Source: an uncultured delta proteobacterium
Lineage (GTDB): Bacteria; Desulfobacterota; Binatia; UBA9968
Assembly (NCBI GenBank): GCA_963745835.1
Contig: CAVUZH010000023.1
Coordinates: forward strand, 14,209-78,208
Direction: 5' to 3'
DNA: 64,000 bases
The notes under the pieces are model-generated. The model was given only the letters and a program-made list of their open reading frames with translations. It did not search any database and had not been told where the DNA came from. Positions 62,227-64,000 of this stretch are shown here, piece after piece. The first letter of the stretch is position 1. The number at the start of each line of letters is the position of its first letter. The position numbers and the translations under genes were made by a program.

Positions 62227-63069
62227 ATGACAGAGGCATGGAAACAACACTGGCCGGAGTATCTGATCGAAGCTGCATCTCTCGGTCTCTTTATGATCGC
62301 GGCATTCACCTTCGGCACGCTTCTCGAGCACCCGGCTTCGCCGTTGCATCAAATGATTGCCGATCGCTTATCACGGCGTTTTCTGATGGGCTTGGCAATG
62401 GGCGCCACCGCTGTCACCATCATTTATTCGCCCTGGGGCAAGCAGTCAGGCGCGCATATTAATCCATCAACGACAATCACCTTCTTTAGGCTTGGCAAGG
62501 TGGCACCGTGGGATGTGGTGTTTTATATCATTTTTCAATTTATCGGCGGCCTGGCCGGCGCTCTCTTGGCGTCAGTCGTTCTCTCCACATGGGTCTCCCA
62601 CCCGTCGGTCCACTATGTGGTGACAACACCCGGCAGCGCTGGAGCCGGTATCGCGTTCGCTGCCGAGATCGGCATCAGTTTCATTCTGATGACGGTGATC
62701 TTGAACGTCTCGAACAACACCCGATGGCACAAGTTTACAGGGTTATGCGCCAGCGTTTTGATCGCGACCTATATCACTTTCGAAGCGCCCATCTCAGGCA
62801 TGAGCATGAACCTCGCCCGCACCGTTGCCTCGGCCCTGCCGGCGCAGCACTGGACCGCGTTGTGGATCTATATCACTGCCCCCCTTATCGGCATGTTGGC
62901 GGCCGCCGAAGTCTACGTGCGAACCAACGGCATGCAAAGCGTCTCTTGCGCCAAGCTCAATCACGACAACGACACGCGTTGTATTTTCTGCGGCAAACCG
63001 GCCGGTAAAATCAGCTCTGAAAGTAGCCTCGCCATTCCAACCCGAATATCTAAACTTCCGGCCCAATAA
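62227..63069 (+). CDS. Aquaporin/MIP family channel
   Basis: SGAHINPS and GMSMNLAR motifs; 6 TM. Confidence 0.88.
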   Translation: MTEAWKQHWPEYLIEAASLGLFMIAAFTFGTLLEHPASPLHQMIADRLSRRFLMGLAMGATAVTIIYSPWGKQSGAHINPSTTITFFRLGKVAPWDVVFYIIFQFIGGLAGALLASVVLSTWVSHPSVHYVVTTPGSAGAGIAFAAEIGISFILMTVILNVSNNTRWHKFTGLCASVLIATYITFEAPISGMSMNLARTVASALPAQHWTALWIYITAPLIGMLAAAEVYVRTNGMQSVSCAKLNHDNDTRCIFCGKPAGKISSESSLAIPTRISKLPAQ

Positions 63070-63208
63070 ATCAGGACGAGGCCGGACATTTACTCGTGTC
63101 AAGCATTCTTTCTCATGGATCGGACATCTAATCATCACGTTGGTCAATTCGAAAATGGGCCAAAACCTGACATGAGCATTCTTGTTTCGATAGACGAGCA
63201 TAGACGAG

Positions 63209-63862
63209 GTGACAACAGTGAAGCAGCAACCGGACGAAACCTGGACAGAGGGCAACCGTGGCGATGATCGTGATAGCGAATGGGCAGTGATTCTAGCAGG
63301 CGGTGACGTCACTCGCCTAAAATCCTTAACCCGAAAGATCCCCGGCGACGAGCGTCCGAAGCAATTTTGCTCGGTTGGGAGACCAAACTCTACTGGAGGA
63401 GACACATCAGCGCGCCGCGCTTGAGCTGTCGCGTGAGCGTACCTTGTACGTGGTCAGCCGCAGTCATGAGGAATTCTACGCACCGATTATGGCTGGCGAA
63501 CCGGCGCAAAACATCCTCGTTCAACCAAGTAATCGCGTACCGCGCCAGCCATCCTGTACAGCCTTCTACGTATCGCAGCGTTCGATCCTGATGCTCTCGT
63601 CGTGTTCTTCTCGTCTGACCATTACATTTCTGACAACGACAGGTTCATGGCCCACGTTTGAACGGCACTCGATACCGCACGTACAAGACGCGATTTAGTC
63701 ATCGTCCTCGGCTTGGATCCCGAAAGCCCCGAAGCCGAGTACGGTTGGATCGAACCTACCGCGCCGATCATCGGCCACTCGCGTGTGTTGGGCGTTTGTC
63801 GGTTTTGGGAAAAGCCCAATCCATTGTTGCCCCAGGTGCTTCAACTTCGAGGATGTTTGTGG
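63209..63862 (+). pseudogene. Mannose-1-phosphate guanylyltransferase-like, frameshifted and truncated
   Basis: WAVILAGGD.TRL, RPKQFC, QPSNR, SDHY, EYGWIE, FWEKP, GCLW, then unrelated AT-rich sequence. Confidence 0.75.
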
Positions 63863-64000
63863 AGACATTGCAGTCCTCCAATTAACAAGTTCAGCACTTG
63901 GAAAATATTTCGAGAAGACATATTTTCCGCGAAAAGAAACCCCGAAATTCCTGGAAATAAAAAAAAGGCCTATACGGGAAGGTGTAAGCCTTTGAAAAGT

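Overview
Bacterial chromosome segment of roughly 55-60% GC (estimated by eye). Gene content, notably four NitT/TauT-type ABC systems, orphan SsuA-like binding proteins, amidohydrolases and an OCD-like protein, resembles soil Candidatus Binatia-like genomes; this is inference, not a database result. In order the window holds: (1) a redox/detox cluster (SDR, VOC, cupin, ZIP, msrA/msrB, epoxide hydrolase); (2) ABC and catabolic genes; (3) a ~4 kb lower-GC islet (23.1-27.2 kb) bounded by a 14-bp direct repeat and carrying decayed PIN and NDT/TIR-like genes; (4) glnE, lpxA and yacG; (5) an aldehyde:ferredoxin oxidoreductase divergent from a selenocysteine formate dehydrogenase operon with UGA, SECIS and an NrfD-type anchor; (6) an unassigned catabolic operon (hydroxyacid dehydrogenase, TPP E1a/E1b, an atypical M24 enzyme, E2, ABC); (7) hpaB-like, amidohydrolase and deacetylase genes; (8) an FhlA-like sigma-54 activator facing a complete UAS/IHF/-24/-12 promoter for an ECF sigma module. 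The most unusual signal is a family of short-period (7/8/9-nt) tandem arrays, mostly in inverted pairs at operon junctions. One pair encloses a four-helix-bundle (IVP-like) pseudogene and ends exactly at the next gene's ATG. Many genes have single-base frameshifts that probably reflect long-read assembly error.
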